A DNA stretch of 64,000 nt, taken from contig QPGO01000065.1 of NCBI GenBank assembly GCA_008632985.1, positions 310,001-374,000 of the forward strand, given 5' to 3'. The stretch is from Psammoneis japonica (Eukaryota). Both the position numbers and the translations under genes were made by a program. Shown piece by piece: positions 48,501 to 60,300 of the stretch; position 1 is the stretch's first letter, and every line of letters begins with the position of its first letter. The notes under the pieces are model-generated. The model was not told the DNA's origin and did no database searches. It was given only the letters and a program-made list of their open reading frames with translations.

Positions 48501-49858
48501 CATTGTCGTCCACGAATTCTCGTTCCTCCAATGGGGTCTCATCACCGGACTACTACGGGCCTAAAGTGTCATTGTCATCCACGAATTCTCGTTCCTCCGA
48601 TGGGGTCTCATCACCATCGGACTCTCGTGATAGACACACTCCTCCCTTTTCCAAGCCGGGCAATCACTACATGCGCCGAACTTCCGCATCGGAAGGGAGA
48701 AAGCCTTCTTTGGAGTCTTCTAGTTCTCATGAAGTATCAAAGAGGCGTTCTCCGGTCAGCTCGGACGCGAAGGGTTACTACGCACCGGAAGCATCAATAA
48801 CGCAGAGGAGAAGGCGATCCTCCGAGTCGCAGCTGTACGATTCTTCGTCATCATTTGGAGACGGAAGTCAGTGGTCTCGGCCCCACTCACCCCACTTATC
48901 CTCGCCACCAAAAAGACACGAGCTTCCTACTCTCAACGATGTTGATTGGATGTCATCAGGCAAGGATAGACGGTGTTTATTTTTCAACAGTGCAAAGGGA
49001 TGCAAGAATGGGCACAGGTGTAGATATGAACACATCAAGTCTTCGCTCGGTTCCATACTTGACGTCGTCGAAGGGCAGAGACCATATCCAAGTGTAAACC
49101 TTGACGATGGGGGCATTTGTCTGGAACGCATGGAGGATAGTCGCGGAAGACTCTGGATGACGGCTGCATACAAAGATCCAACTGATAATTGTATCTATTA
49201 CGCAGAACGAGGTGCTAACTCGTTTCAGAGCAGTCAAGGTATATACTGGTATCCTGAGGAAACTGATGCGTTGGATGCATTGCGAAATGTGGTAGCTGTT
49301 TGGCGGTTTGGACGGGATGGGAGGCACGTTGACCCGACACAAGCTTCTACATCAGCACCAAGAAGGCCGTCGCTGGAGCAACATGACCCGCCGTACCAGC
49401 CTGCACTCAAGCGACCTCGACTTGAAGAAGAGCGCAAGAGCCCTGATCATTTCATTCACAACCGTGTAATGCAGGATACATTTCGTCAGTTGCTAGATTC
49501 TTCGAACTACTCGCCTTGTCACCAAAAAGTTGCTGGAAGCCCACTGAAGAGGGAATACTGGCATGTCAGGTCCAAAGATGACCAGTTTACTGCCCGTTTT
49601 TATTGTCCGCAGGGCGCAATGCAAGGAGATTACCTTTCCAATGCAAATTTTGATGGCATCTTAAATAACAATTATTGGTGGCATAAGGACGAACGCAGTG
49701 CCAAGGCGAGCGCTTTCCTTCGCTTCCTTGAAGTTGCTGCGGAGAAAGGCATTGTTGACAGGGATTTGGCGCACACGTGCGAGGGAAAGCCCCTATTTTC
49801 TTCAGGGAATGCTCCTGGTCACTCGAGCAAGTTCCACATGGATGAGGGAATCCTATGA
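42581..49858 (+). CDS. Large (~2,370 aa) multidomain protein: PDZ, two HMG-like/CxxxCxC repeats, second PDZ-like region, possible C2-like region, ankyrin repeat, two CCCH zinc fingers each followed by a duplicated dsRBD-like module; introns 44932-45030 and probably 45239-45313
   Basis: VTLMVPSGRLGISV...IVSRVNPSSVMHGKLHEGDTIVSLHG (PDZ); GFSLLHAAVSVADANLVERLLKLGADP (ankyrin); CVFFNRPRGCWHGHECRNRH and CLFFNSAKGCKNGHRCRYEH (CCCH). The GT-AG introns keep the frame. Confidence 0.85.
48479..48617 (+). repeat. In-frame 69-bp coding tandem duplication (DYYGPxVSLSSTNSRSSxGVSSP x2)
   Basis: gactactacgggcct at 48479 and 48548. Confidence 0.9.
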
Positions 49859-50388
49859 CCTTAGCCGGCGATGAATCCAGAATTCCTGTTCGAGGAGGAA
49901 CCAATAAATATCACTGCATCTGCTCTAGAGTAGAGCATTATTTGATAACGTACCATACTTCGTACATGGAACATTGCTCTTGTTCATTGTTAACTTCTTA
50001 TGCTACTTCGTACATGAGGCATTGCTGTTGTTCATCATTTTGAGCTACTTGCTCTCTACTAGAGGCAAGAGAAACTACTCACTTTGAATGAGTCTGTGGA
50101 GCTACTGTTCACGTCAGATGACTCACGTGAAGTCCCAATGCGCCTACCGGTGCCGGATCATGCGTCAGACATGCATTGGGTCACACGAATCATCTCTTTA
50201 AGGACGATAGACTGGGACTCTCCCTGACCTTAACCTTCGTCGAAAGACGGGGATGATTTGGGATCAGCCCCGTTTCATGTTGACACCGACATACAGAATC
50301 CACTCTCGCGTGCCGCCTCAAACAACACGCATCGCATTATTTAATCATCACTTGTACCGTGACTATCTCAAAATGAGGTGTTCACAGT

Positions 50389-53300
50389 TCACATGCTCTT
50401 GCCGGTGCTAGATGACGGTGCGGACGGTCTTGGCTGTAATTCCCCCGACCAATAGGGGATGCCTCCTGGTGCATACTGCTGTTGCTGCTGCAACTGCATC
50501 TGTTGTTGCAGTCCCATTCCCTCATAAGATTGCGGAGGAAGCTGTTGCGGGACGATTCCATGCGACATCGGATGAATCGGGGCAGACATTGCAGCGGCGG
50601 CGTACTGCATAGGAGCCACACCTGTACCATGACTACCATACATTATTGGAGCCTGTGCGGACATCATTTCAATTTGTTGAGGAGTGACCATAACATGACT
50701 TCCGTCGGGTGCAACATAGTAGTAAACGTTCATTTGAGGGGGCATCGACCCTCCAGCACCATACATCCCAGGGCTTACTCCATATCCACCATACGGGAAA
50801 GAAGCCGAAATCTGTTGCTGTTGCACATTGGGATCCACCATAAGCGGCGGTTGGTCCTGCGTCTGTTGGTTTACACCTGACTGATCAGCCAGCTGCTGCG
50901 ATAGTAAGCTCGTGGCGCCGGCTGCTGTCACTCCATGCGGCTGCATGGAACCGTCATTTGCAACATCGTAGTCAGCACCGTCTTCAAGAATGGCGGGTCT
51001 TGATGATAGCGCGCGGGAACCGCGATGCGCCGGAGATGTTGGGTTATTCATGGAATTGAACGTGTGTCTGGTTCGACTAGAAGGCTTCGACTGCGCATTC
51101 GAAAAGCTACCGGAACGCATTGGCGGTCCTGGGCGCGCATGCATAAGTGGGTTAATTTGATGAGGTGAGAGAGCTCCGGCAGGAATCGTAGCCATGTGTG
51201 GATACACTACCGGTAGCGGAGTTGATGCCATGTCACCACCCATACCGGGAACAACTCCAGGACGCTGCAAGGCGTAACCCAATTCCGCCTCAATTGGCAA
51301 GTGCTGTATTCCATCGGGTGTTAAACCTGAGAAGCTCTGAGCACCAGATGGAAGGTAGACCGGTCGCTGGTGACTCGCGTTGATATCCCCGATTCCGCTG
51401 CTTACGCTATGGATTAATGGGGATGCCATCGGCGTCATTCCCCCGTGAACCACGGCCCTATGATGAGGATAAACATCAGAAAGACTGGACGCCGCAACGT
51501 AAGCAGAGCGTGCGAAATTTGCCGCATTAGCCATGACAGGAACGCCACTCCCATCAGTCTGATATACCCCAACCTGAACAGCCCCAAAACTACTTGCGTT
51601 GGATGAAGCGTTGACCGCGACCGGATGGCTACCTTGATTATGGGCGGCATGGCGTTGCGTAGCAGGAGTTACCTGATCAGCGGTAGCCGCATGTTCGATT
51701 GACTTTGGGGGAGAACCAGATGCTCCGGAGCTCGCAATGTGTTGAGGAGCTGAGTGCGCCTTTGTGTCGAGAGACATGCTCTCTGCCATGGCCGTTACTC
51801 GCGATGCACTAGAAAGACGAAACACAGGTAAGTTCAAGAGTAAAGGATGGACAAAATATCAGCATGCTGCGCGATATCATTGTAGCTTACCTATTGTTTC
51901 CGGACATTGATTTTTTTTCGCGTCGGGCTGCCTCATACTTCTGCCTAATCGCCTGCTGTCGCTCTCGCGTTTTTTGCACATGGAGGAGCCTTCGGCGGCA
52001 AATAGACGGATCCCACGGCGGCACCCAGTAAATGTCAAAATCATTCTTCTCTTCTCCGTCAGAGTTTGTACTTTGCTTTCTTCTGTGTAGCTTGCTCCCG
52101 CTTATGAAGGGATGCTGTGAAGCTTGGAAAGCGGTCCATCTCTTCCATGGATCGGGGTCAAGAATGCCTACAATGGACAAAAACAAATGAGCAAAGGAGT
52201 TTACAAGTAAAAAGTGGCGGCCAAAACCGAAGCTTACCCATGAGAAAGTGAACAAACAACCCCACAGCCTCTTGTTCTTCATCCGTCCTATTCGACCCTC
52301 CATGCATCATAACAATATCTGTCAGCTTCGTCCTCTTGAAGTATCGATTGGTGGGTTGCTTCTCTAGCTTCCGCAGCCCGCCTTTCTTTCGGATTTCTTC
52401 TTCTGAGAGGCCATCGAGATATTCTTTCTGTGTCTTGATGCGCCATGATGGTTTTGGAGGAGGAGGCGAAGATGACGGCTTCTTGTCGCTATCTGTGCCG
52501 GCTTGTGGCTGCATCGGAGTTGAAGTACTTTCCGACTTGGAAATGAACTTTACAAAGTACTTGGACGATTTAGTACTGAACAAAGAGAAGTAGCGAGCAG
52601 CAAGAAATGAGCACGTGCGTCCTTTCAAAAGAAGTAATAAATACAAAGAATGGCACGTACCCTTCGCCAAGCATTTTGTCTGGAATGGGTCCAATCATTT
52701 CACAAATTCGCCTCAGCTGATCGTGCTCGTGAACACCGGGTAGTATAGGCAACCCGAGGAACAGCTCTGCCGCCACGCAGCCCAAGGACCACATGTCAAT
52801 AGCGGAATCGTACGGTAGCCCTAGAAGAACTTCCGGGCTGCGGTAAAACCGAGACTGAATATAGGTATGAGCAGTGTGTCCCTCAAAACAAGCCGAACCG
52901 AAATCAATTAACTTGATATTGATCGAACCAGACTCCTTCTCAGTCAGTAAGATATTCTCAGGCTTCAAATCGCAATGTACGATCGATCGCTGACACAACT
53001 CCTTCACGCCGTCCATCGCTTGCGCGAGCAGCGATCGAACCTTTGTCAAGGGTAATCCTCGGAATTGGCGTTGTTTCAACACCTCATATAAATTCAACCC
53101 CAACAATTCAAACACCAAGCAAAGGTGATTCTGATGCGTACTGTACGACTGCAGGTGTACCATCTTGCGGTCTTTCGCTTGAACGTTAATGGCCAAGCCA
53201 TCCTTGTCTTTACTCAGTACCCGAAATACGTCAATCTCCACAGCTGCTTGCTGTGTGTAAGCTTGCCTATTCTTCACCACTTTCAGGGCCACAAAGCGAT

Positions 53301-54348
53301 TGTTATGGACGTCCAGACACTTGAAGACTTGGGCAAACGTGCCCTGTCCAAGAAGTCCCAGTACTTTGTACTCGACCTTTTCCTTTGTCTTTGCCTCCAA
53401 GTTCCGAACTACCATATGCAACACATCATGCTGGTGGACAATCAAATTCCCATCCACGTTATCGTACCCACCATTTGCGACAGGCTCCGACGGCAACGTT
53501 AAGCACTTGCCGCGGGACGGCGGAGGTGGGTTCTTTGAGCTATCGACAGCTTCGCATTCCAGAACCGAATGCAACAAGCCTTTTGAAGATGACGATGCGG
53601 AGCGAGCGCGTTCCTTGGTGGGAGTCGACTCTAGCGCAAGCTGCGACAATGCATGTCGTTGTGGCGATACGAGCGGACTGCTACTTGTAGATTTCTGTTG
53701 CAACTGAGCGCTCGGTGAACTTCGCTTCTTCTTTCCTTTTGCCTTTTCGGGTGTAGCTGACGTATCCACAAGATTACGATAGTTCTCTCGGGCATAGCAT
53801 GTGATCTTTTTAAGAATAGATGACTGACTCGGCGATGACGAATGGTGCTCACCATGGTCTCTTAGATGCATCTTGGCAACCTTATGCGTTCGATCGTATG
53901 TAGCTAAATCCGAAGTGTCGTCATCCGTGTTTGTCGTGGATAAGGTGGATACAGTTACAGAGGAGGGTTGACTGGTGCTTGGCAGAGACGGCCTCGAAGG
54001 CGTGGGAGTTACTGCGTCAAAGGCTCCAGTGGGAGTAGCTTTTAAGTTCGCCTGTTTTGGCACGATCGATGCATAATCCTTTCCAACCACGCTCAGACTC
54101 AGACGCTGCCCCAACCTTCTGTACGCCTCATCCATTTCGGACTGTGAGAGACTGGAAGCTGTAGACTTGCTGCTCCGTTGGTGAAGCATACGTCGGGCCT
54201 GTTCAGACGAGCTGTTGCTACTGCTACCGCCGCCGCTAGCACTGCTCACGCTGTTATCGGTCCTAAGCTTCTTGTCCTCGTTTCTCCCATACAGAGAAGG
54301 CATTCGGTTCCGCGGCGCTGAAGAGCCTCTATCTGGCGGTCTCTCCAT
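50389..54348 (-). CDS. YAK1: YAK1/DYRK-family dual-specificity protein kinase; introns 52576-52660, 52168-52237, 51809-51890
   Basis: GYDNVDGNLIV, YKVLGLLGQGTFAQVFKC, HCDLKPENILL, IKLIDFGSAC, HTYIQSRFYRSPEVLLGLPYDSAIDMWSLGC, LDPDPWKRWTAFQASQHPF; Q/P-rich C-terminus. Confidence 0.92.
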
Positions 54349-54895
54349 GCAATAAAACAACTAGAGGGACGGATGGTCGCTTCCCGATACGTTCCTTCTA
54401 CTGAATCGCACTATGAGAACCCCTTTTTCGATTCGGCACTGACACTGACTACCGCTCACGATCCGTTCAAATCCAACTTTTTCGTTTCGCTAATTTTTCC
54501 CGTTGGAATTCACCAACACAAGTTACTGCCTTTGTTCGTCTTCACTATTCTGGAAGGACGCTCTCAAGTTGCCGCTTACAGTAGTGCATTAATTCCTATG
54601 TAGAGAGTCTCCATGTGCATTGAGAGGTTACGGTACAGTGCTCAGATAGATCCGCCCGATCGAAATGACACCCAGCTGAACGCATCACCCGTATCACCAG
54701 CTGCCAAGGCGGAGATTTCATACCAAAGGATTACGTAGAATCCTACGTACTAGGCTTCTGCGGATATTTCCGTGGCAGAAAAAGCATACGTCAGGAATGA
54801 AGATCTACTAAGTAATGTTTACGTGGCATTGCAGTTGCAAATCCCATAGTCGTCAGACTATCGCCCTACACGGATTACCGTGATTATCACCCATA

Positions 54896-55800
54896 CCGGT
54901 AGAAAATCTGTGGCGCACAGATTTCGGTTCAGATCTTGTTCACCAGATTTAGCACAGATTTTCAAGGGTCCACAGAAACAGGCACAGATTTTCAAAAAGC
55001 ACAGATTGTTGACTGGTGCTGCCCAGGCTCTGGATTTGTGCCACTGAAACTGCCACACACAAAATGATGCTGAAACCAAAATTAAAAAACCACAGAATTG
55101 ATCCTCCCCCTCGTCCTTTGCGTCACTTCTTCCATCAAAGCCCTCCGACTTTTTGAGCACAGTTGCCGCATCTTCACCCACTGCATTGTTGATTGAGCTG
55201 AGCAGTCTGTCCCTGCACTGTGTTGCTGTTTCAGCATCAACGATGGCTGTGCATGGGTCGGGGTCATCAGTTGGATGTTGGATCCTTTTGCAGCAAGTGA
55301 TCAAGAAGAACTTGCAAACAAGTTCCTCTGGCACCTTCTCCCATGCATCCACTGTCCGCTGTGCAATGAGTTGCCTTGATGGAGCAACAGGATTCCCAGC
55401 AGCATTGACAGGGGCTTCCAGCATGTGTGAATCATGCAGATCCTGACAGAATGTCTTCCACATTTTGTTGATCAAAATGGCAAGAGGCTGGGCTTTGGGT
55501 GCACACAACTCTTCCCGCCATTGTCAAGAAGTGCAGCTTGTGGGTTGGAGCTGCCCTGCCTTTGACACATTGCTTCAAACACCCCACAAATTTGTCAATG
55601 AGAGTGCTGCTGGCATTTCCATTTTCCTTTCCCATCTGAGTCAACAACTCCAATGCCTGGAAGAATGACGTGTGACCCAACATGTCGTTTGTGAGCACAC
55701 CTGATGAGTTGGCAGTCTTTGACACTGTCATCACTGTCTTGTCTTTGGAGAGACACTCGCTGCCGTGGCTGTCTTTTTTGTGTGTTTGGTCATCTCACAC
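54896..55800 (-). mobile_element. Degenerate pogo-like (DDE_1) DNA transposon end and transposase remnant
   Basis: PKAQPLAILINKMWK...MLEAPVNAAGNPVAPSRQLIAQRTVDAWEKVPEELVCKFFL resembles the DDE_1 C-terminus (QPLD...NK...PSRQ...WV..AW..IP). Begins TA|CCGGTAG with subterminal cacagatt repeats and a hairpin at 54904-54924. Partner TIR not found. Confidence 0.7.
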
Positions 55801-56134
55801 ATGTGAAGGGGCACAACGCTGCTTCAACTTGCGCTGATGTGTCTCTCACCTTCACTCCCTGACCACCAGGGAGCTTCTGCCCAGCTCCCAATTTCCAAGT
55901 GCACAACAAGTTGTGCTGCTTCTTCAATCCATGGCAGAACCAAGTTTTCAACTGCTTCATTCAGTGCTGCTCTGGTTGTGTGGATGAGGGACAGAGCTTC
56001 GTTGCCTCTCTGAAAATTGTCGAGTGGGCTGTTCTGCATCCCGCGCTGATGCTCAACTCAGCAGGCCTTTTCTCAAGCTTGCTTTCCACTGCCTTCAAGG
56101 TGTTGCCAACCTTGTGGCCCCATTTCTCCTCAGT

Positions 56135-56570
56135 GTGAGCAGTGGCAGATGCAAGGCATGCTCTTTGTTTGCTCAGAGAAAGAGCCTCCAATTTTATGCC
56201 GTGCAGCAACAACCCCTCCTTTCCTTTCTTGTGAGCATCTGAAACCAGCTTGCATGTCCTTTTGTGTGTCTCATCTTTGCAAGATCTGCTCCAGGACATG
56301 TGGAAGTTATTTTGGACAAGACAGGTGAGGTCTTTCAGTTTGGAGCCACTTGAGATTGCCTCATGAGCAGCAATGTGCCGCTTGCTGGTTTGTTGCTTTC
56401 CACAGGTTGGGCTCCAACCTGCTGACAACCCAAGCAACTGCCAATCTCCACGCTGCATTGTGGCAAGATGAATGGCTTCAGAAACATCACAAGAGATGCC
56501 AGCTGCTCCTCTTTTCCTTGAGGCATGAATTGCTTCTACACAAGCATGTTGCTGTTGCTTGTGTCATTGC
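56135..56570. repeat. Diverged direct repeat of 61970-62230 plus 62870-63020
   Basis: Shared ctgctccaggacatg..gaagtt..ttggacaagacagg and tggcaagatgaatggcttcagaaa..tcacaagagatgccagctgc. Confidence 0.85.
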
Positions 56571-57369
56571 CGTTGTCATCAACCAAACTCATGATGCTCT
56601 CCACTCAATCCTTCTGGCTTGAAGCAGCACTGTGTGCTGGCTTTGACTCATTGCTTGATGGCCTCAAAAAATGGGTGGCTTTGTGAGTGACCATTTTCTT
56701 CCTCTTCTGCTTGGGAACAGTGCTGCAGAAAGAGCACATGCATGGCCCATTTGCCATTGTCACCCCCCAAGTTTTTGGCCCATTTTTTCATCTTTGATTC
56801 ACTTGTGCTGGCACTGTCATCTTCAGTGGCTTTGACACCAGCACTGAAGCTGTCATGGATGGGCAATGGGCAGGTTTTTGTCTCATCAAACTCACCCTTG
56901 TGCAGCATTTTGAACTCAGCTAGAAACACTTGGTGCTTGATTGGTTTGCATGGCAGAACACAATCCTTGCAAAGAAGGTCCTCCCATTGTGGCATGGCAA
57001 CATTTGTTTGTTTCCTTTGTGCAAGATGGGTTCTTGTCAGAGAAACACTTTCTTGTGGCATCATGTGCCGCCGCCCACACTGGCTTCAACAGGGCTTCAT
57101 CCAAAGCTGCACTCTCCTTGGATGCCATTGTTGTGGCAAAGACATGATGAGTGGAACGTTGCTGCAAAGAAATGATGTGCAGACAACTGCCACCAAAAAA
57201 CTCAAAAACTGACATCATGAAGTAGACTTTTTGCAGTTTTCTGCAGGCAATCTTGGCACAGTCTGTGCAATGCTCCAACTGGATGGGAGAGAGAAGACTG
57301 AAGAAGATTCTGACTTCAAGAACTGAGCAAGGCACCAACAACCATGTTTGGCACAATTTGTCACCACAG

Positions 57370-60300
57370 TTGTCTCTGAGGGCATTCAAAAGTTCCCAAG
57401 GTGAAGCCAGGGAACACTTTGAGAGCAGTGGTTGAGAGCAGCAAGGCTTGTCTGCTGGCGCAGCTGTGCAACACCAGACAAAGCCTGCAAAGTGAAAGGG
57501 CATCTTGATGCAACAAACCAACCCAACAACAGCAGGCTGAGAGCATTGAAGGTCTCCGGTGCAACCCAGGGACCACTTTGAGAACAGTGGTGGAGCACTG
57601 CAAGGCTCATCTGGTGCAGTTGCATTCCCCAGTCACTTCATCCATGCCAGAGTGAGAGCTGCAAGACACCTGCTGGCTCCAAAGCGAAAGGACACCCTGG
57701 TGCAACCAACCAAACCACCAACTGCAAATTGAGGGCATTGAAGGTCTCCAAAGAATCCCAGCAAACATTTTGAGAACAGTGGTGGAGTGTTGCAAGGCTC
57801 ATCTGGTGTGCAAATGCAATGCCCCAATCACTTGGTCCATGCCAAAATGAAATGAGAAAAATTCCCAACTGCTCCACAGTGAAAGGACACTGTGATGCAA
57901 TCAACAAAACCCAACAGCTGTGGGCTGAGAGCATTGAAAGTCTCCAGAGGAACCCAGAAAACACTTTGAGAATGGCAGTGAATTGTTCTTTGAGAATGGC
58001 AGTGGAGTGTTGCAAGGCTTGTCTGATGCGCACATGCAATGCCCCATTCACTTGGTCCATCCCAAAGAGAAAGGAGAAAAATTCCCAAATTGCCCTGGAG
58101 TGAAAGGACACTGTGGTGCAAACAATCAACCCTGCAACTGCAGGCTGATGGCATTGAAGCTTTTCAGAGGAACCCAGAAATCAATTTTAAAATGGCAACT
58201 GAGCACTGCAAGGCTCATCTGGTGCTGTTGCAGCCACCAGTCACTCAGTTCATGCAAGAGTGCTCTCAGAGCTGAAAAACTCCAAACTCCTCAGAGAAAG
58301 AACACACTGGTGCACCAGCCAACCCAACAACTGCATGCTGAGGGCATTGAAGGTCTTCAAAAGGACCCAGGGAACACTTTGAGAATGGTGGTGGAGTGTT
58401 GCAAGGCCCATCTGTTGCAGTTGCAGCCATCAGTCACTGAATGCATGCCAGAGTTTGAGCAGAACAACCCATGACTCCACAATGAAAGAACATCCTGGTG
58501 AAACCAAGCAGCCAACCCAGCAACAACTGCTTGCTGAGAGCACAGAAGGACTTCACAGGAACCCAGGAAAGACTTTGACAATGGCAGCAGAGTGTTGCCA
58601 GGCCTGTCTGGTGCAGTTGCACCCACCAGTCACTGAATGCATGCCAGAGTGAGAGCAAAAAAACTCCTGACTCCTCAGAGAAAGAACATCATGATTCAAC
58701 CAATCAACCCAATGCCTGCATGCTGAGGGCATTGAAGGTTTTCAGCAGAACCCAGAGAACACTTTCAGAATGGTGGTGGAGTGTTGCAATGCCCACCTGG
58801 TGCAGTTGCAGCCACCAGTCACTAAATTCATGAAAGAGTGCTCAGAGTGGAAAAACCCCTGAGGACTCCTTAGAGAAAGAACACCCTGATGCAACTGACC
58901 AACTCAAGAACTGCTTGTTGAGGTCATTGAAAAGCTCCAGAGGAATGTTGGGAACACTTTGAGAATGACAGTGGAGTGTTGAAGGGCTCATCTGGTGCAG
59001 GCGCAGCCCCAAGTCACTTGATCCATGACATGGTGAGAGCTGAAATTCCCAACTCCACAATGAAAGAACACACTCATGCAAACAACCAACCCAACAACTG
59101 CAGGCTGAGGGCATTGAAGGTCTTTTGAGGTGCCCACCAAATGCTGTGAGATTGGTGGTGGGGTGTTGAAAAGCCCATCTGGTGCAATTGAAACCGCCAG
59201 TCACTGAGTGCTGCATGCCAGTGTGAGAGCAGAAAAACTCAAAACTCTTCAAAGAAAGAACATCCTGATTTAACCAACAATCCCAACAACTGCATGCTGA
59301 GGGCATTGAAGGTCTTCAGCAGAACCCAGAGAACACTTTCAGAATGGTGGTGGAGTGTTGCAATGCCCACCTGGTGCAGCTGCAGCCACCCGTCACTAAA
59401 TTCATGAAAGAGTGCTCAGAGCAGAAAATCCCCTGAGGACTCCTCACAGGTGGAAAGAACACCCTGATGCAACCAACCAACCCAAGAACTGCATGCTGAG
59501 GTCATTGAAGGTCACCAGAGGAATGTCAGGAACACTTTGAAAATGGTCATGGTGAAGTGTTGAAGGGCTTGTCTGGTGCAGGTGCAGCCCCAATCCACTT
59601 GATCCACGACATGGTGAGAGAGCTAAAATTCCCAACTCCACAATGAAAGAACACACTCATGCAACCAACCAACAAAACAGCTGCAGGCTGAGGGCATTTA
59701 AGGTCTTTGAAGGCACTGCAAAACACTGTGAGAATGGTGGTGGAGTGATGCAAGGCCCATCTGGTGCAGCTGCAGCCACCAGTCACTGAGTGCACGCAAG
59801 AGTGCTCTGAGCAGAAAAACTTTAAACTCCTCCTTGGAGAAAGAACATCATGATGCAACCAACCAACCCAACAACCCCACAGGCCAAGGGCAAGGAACCA
59901 AGAAAAGGCTTTCAGAATTGTGGTGGAGTGTTGCAAGGCCCATCTGGTGCAGTTGCAGCTGCCAGTCTCTCAAGAATTCATGCAAAAGCATTGAGAGCAG
60001 AAAAACTCCACCAAACTCTGCAGAGAAAGAACACCCTGACACAGCCGACCAACCCAAGAGCTGCATGCTGAGGGCATTGGGGGTCTCCTGTCAAACTCAG
60101 GGAACAAATTGAGAATGGTGGTGGAGTGTTAAAGTGCTCATCTGGTGCAGGTGCAATCCCCAGTCACTCAATCTGTGACATGTTGAGAGCTGAAAATCCC
60201 AACTCCACATTGAAAGACACATTCATGCAACCAACAAACCCAACAACTGCAGGCTATGGGCATTGAAGGTCTTCAGAGACACCTGCAAAACACTGTGAGA

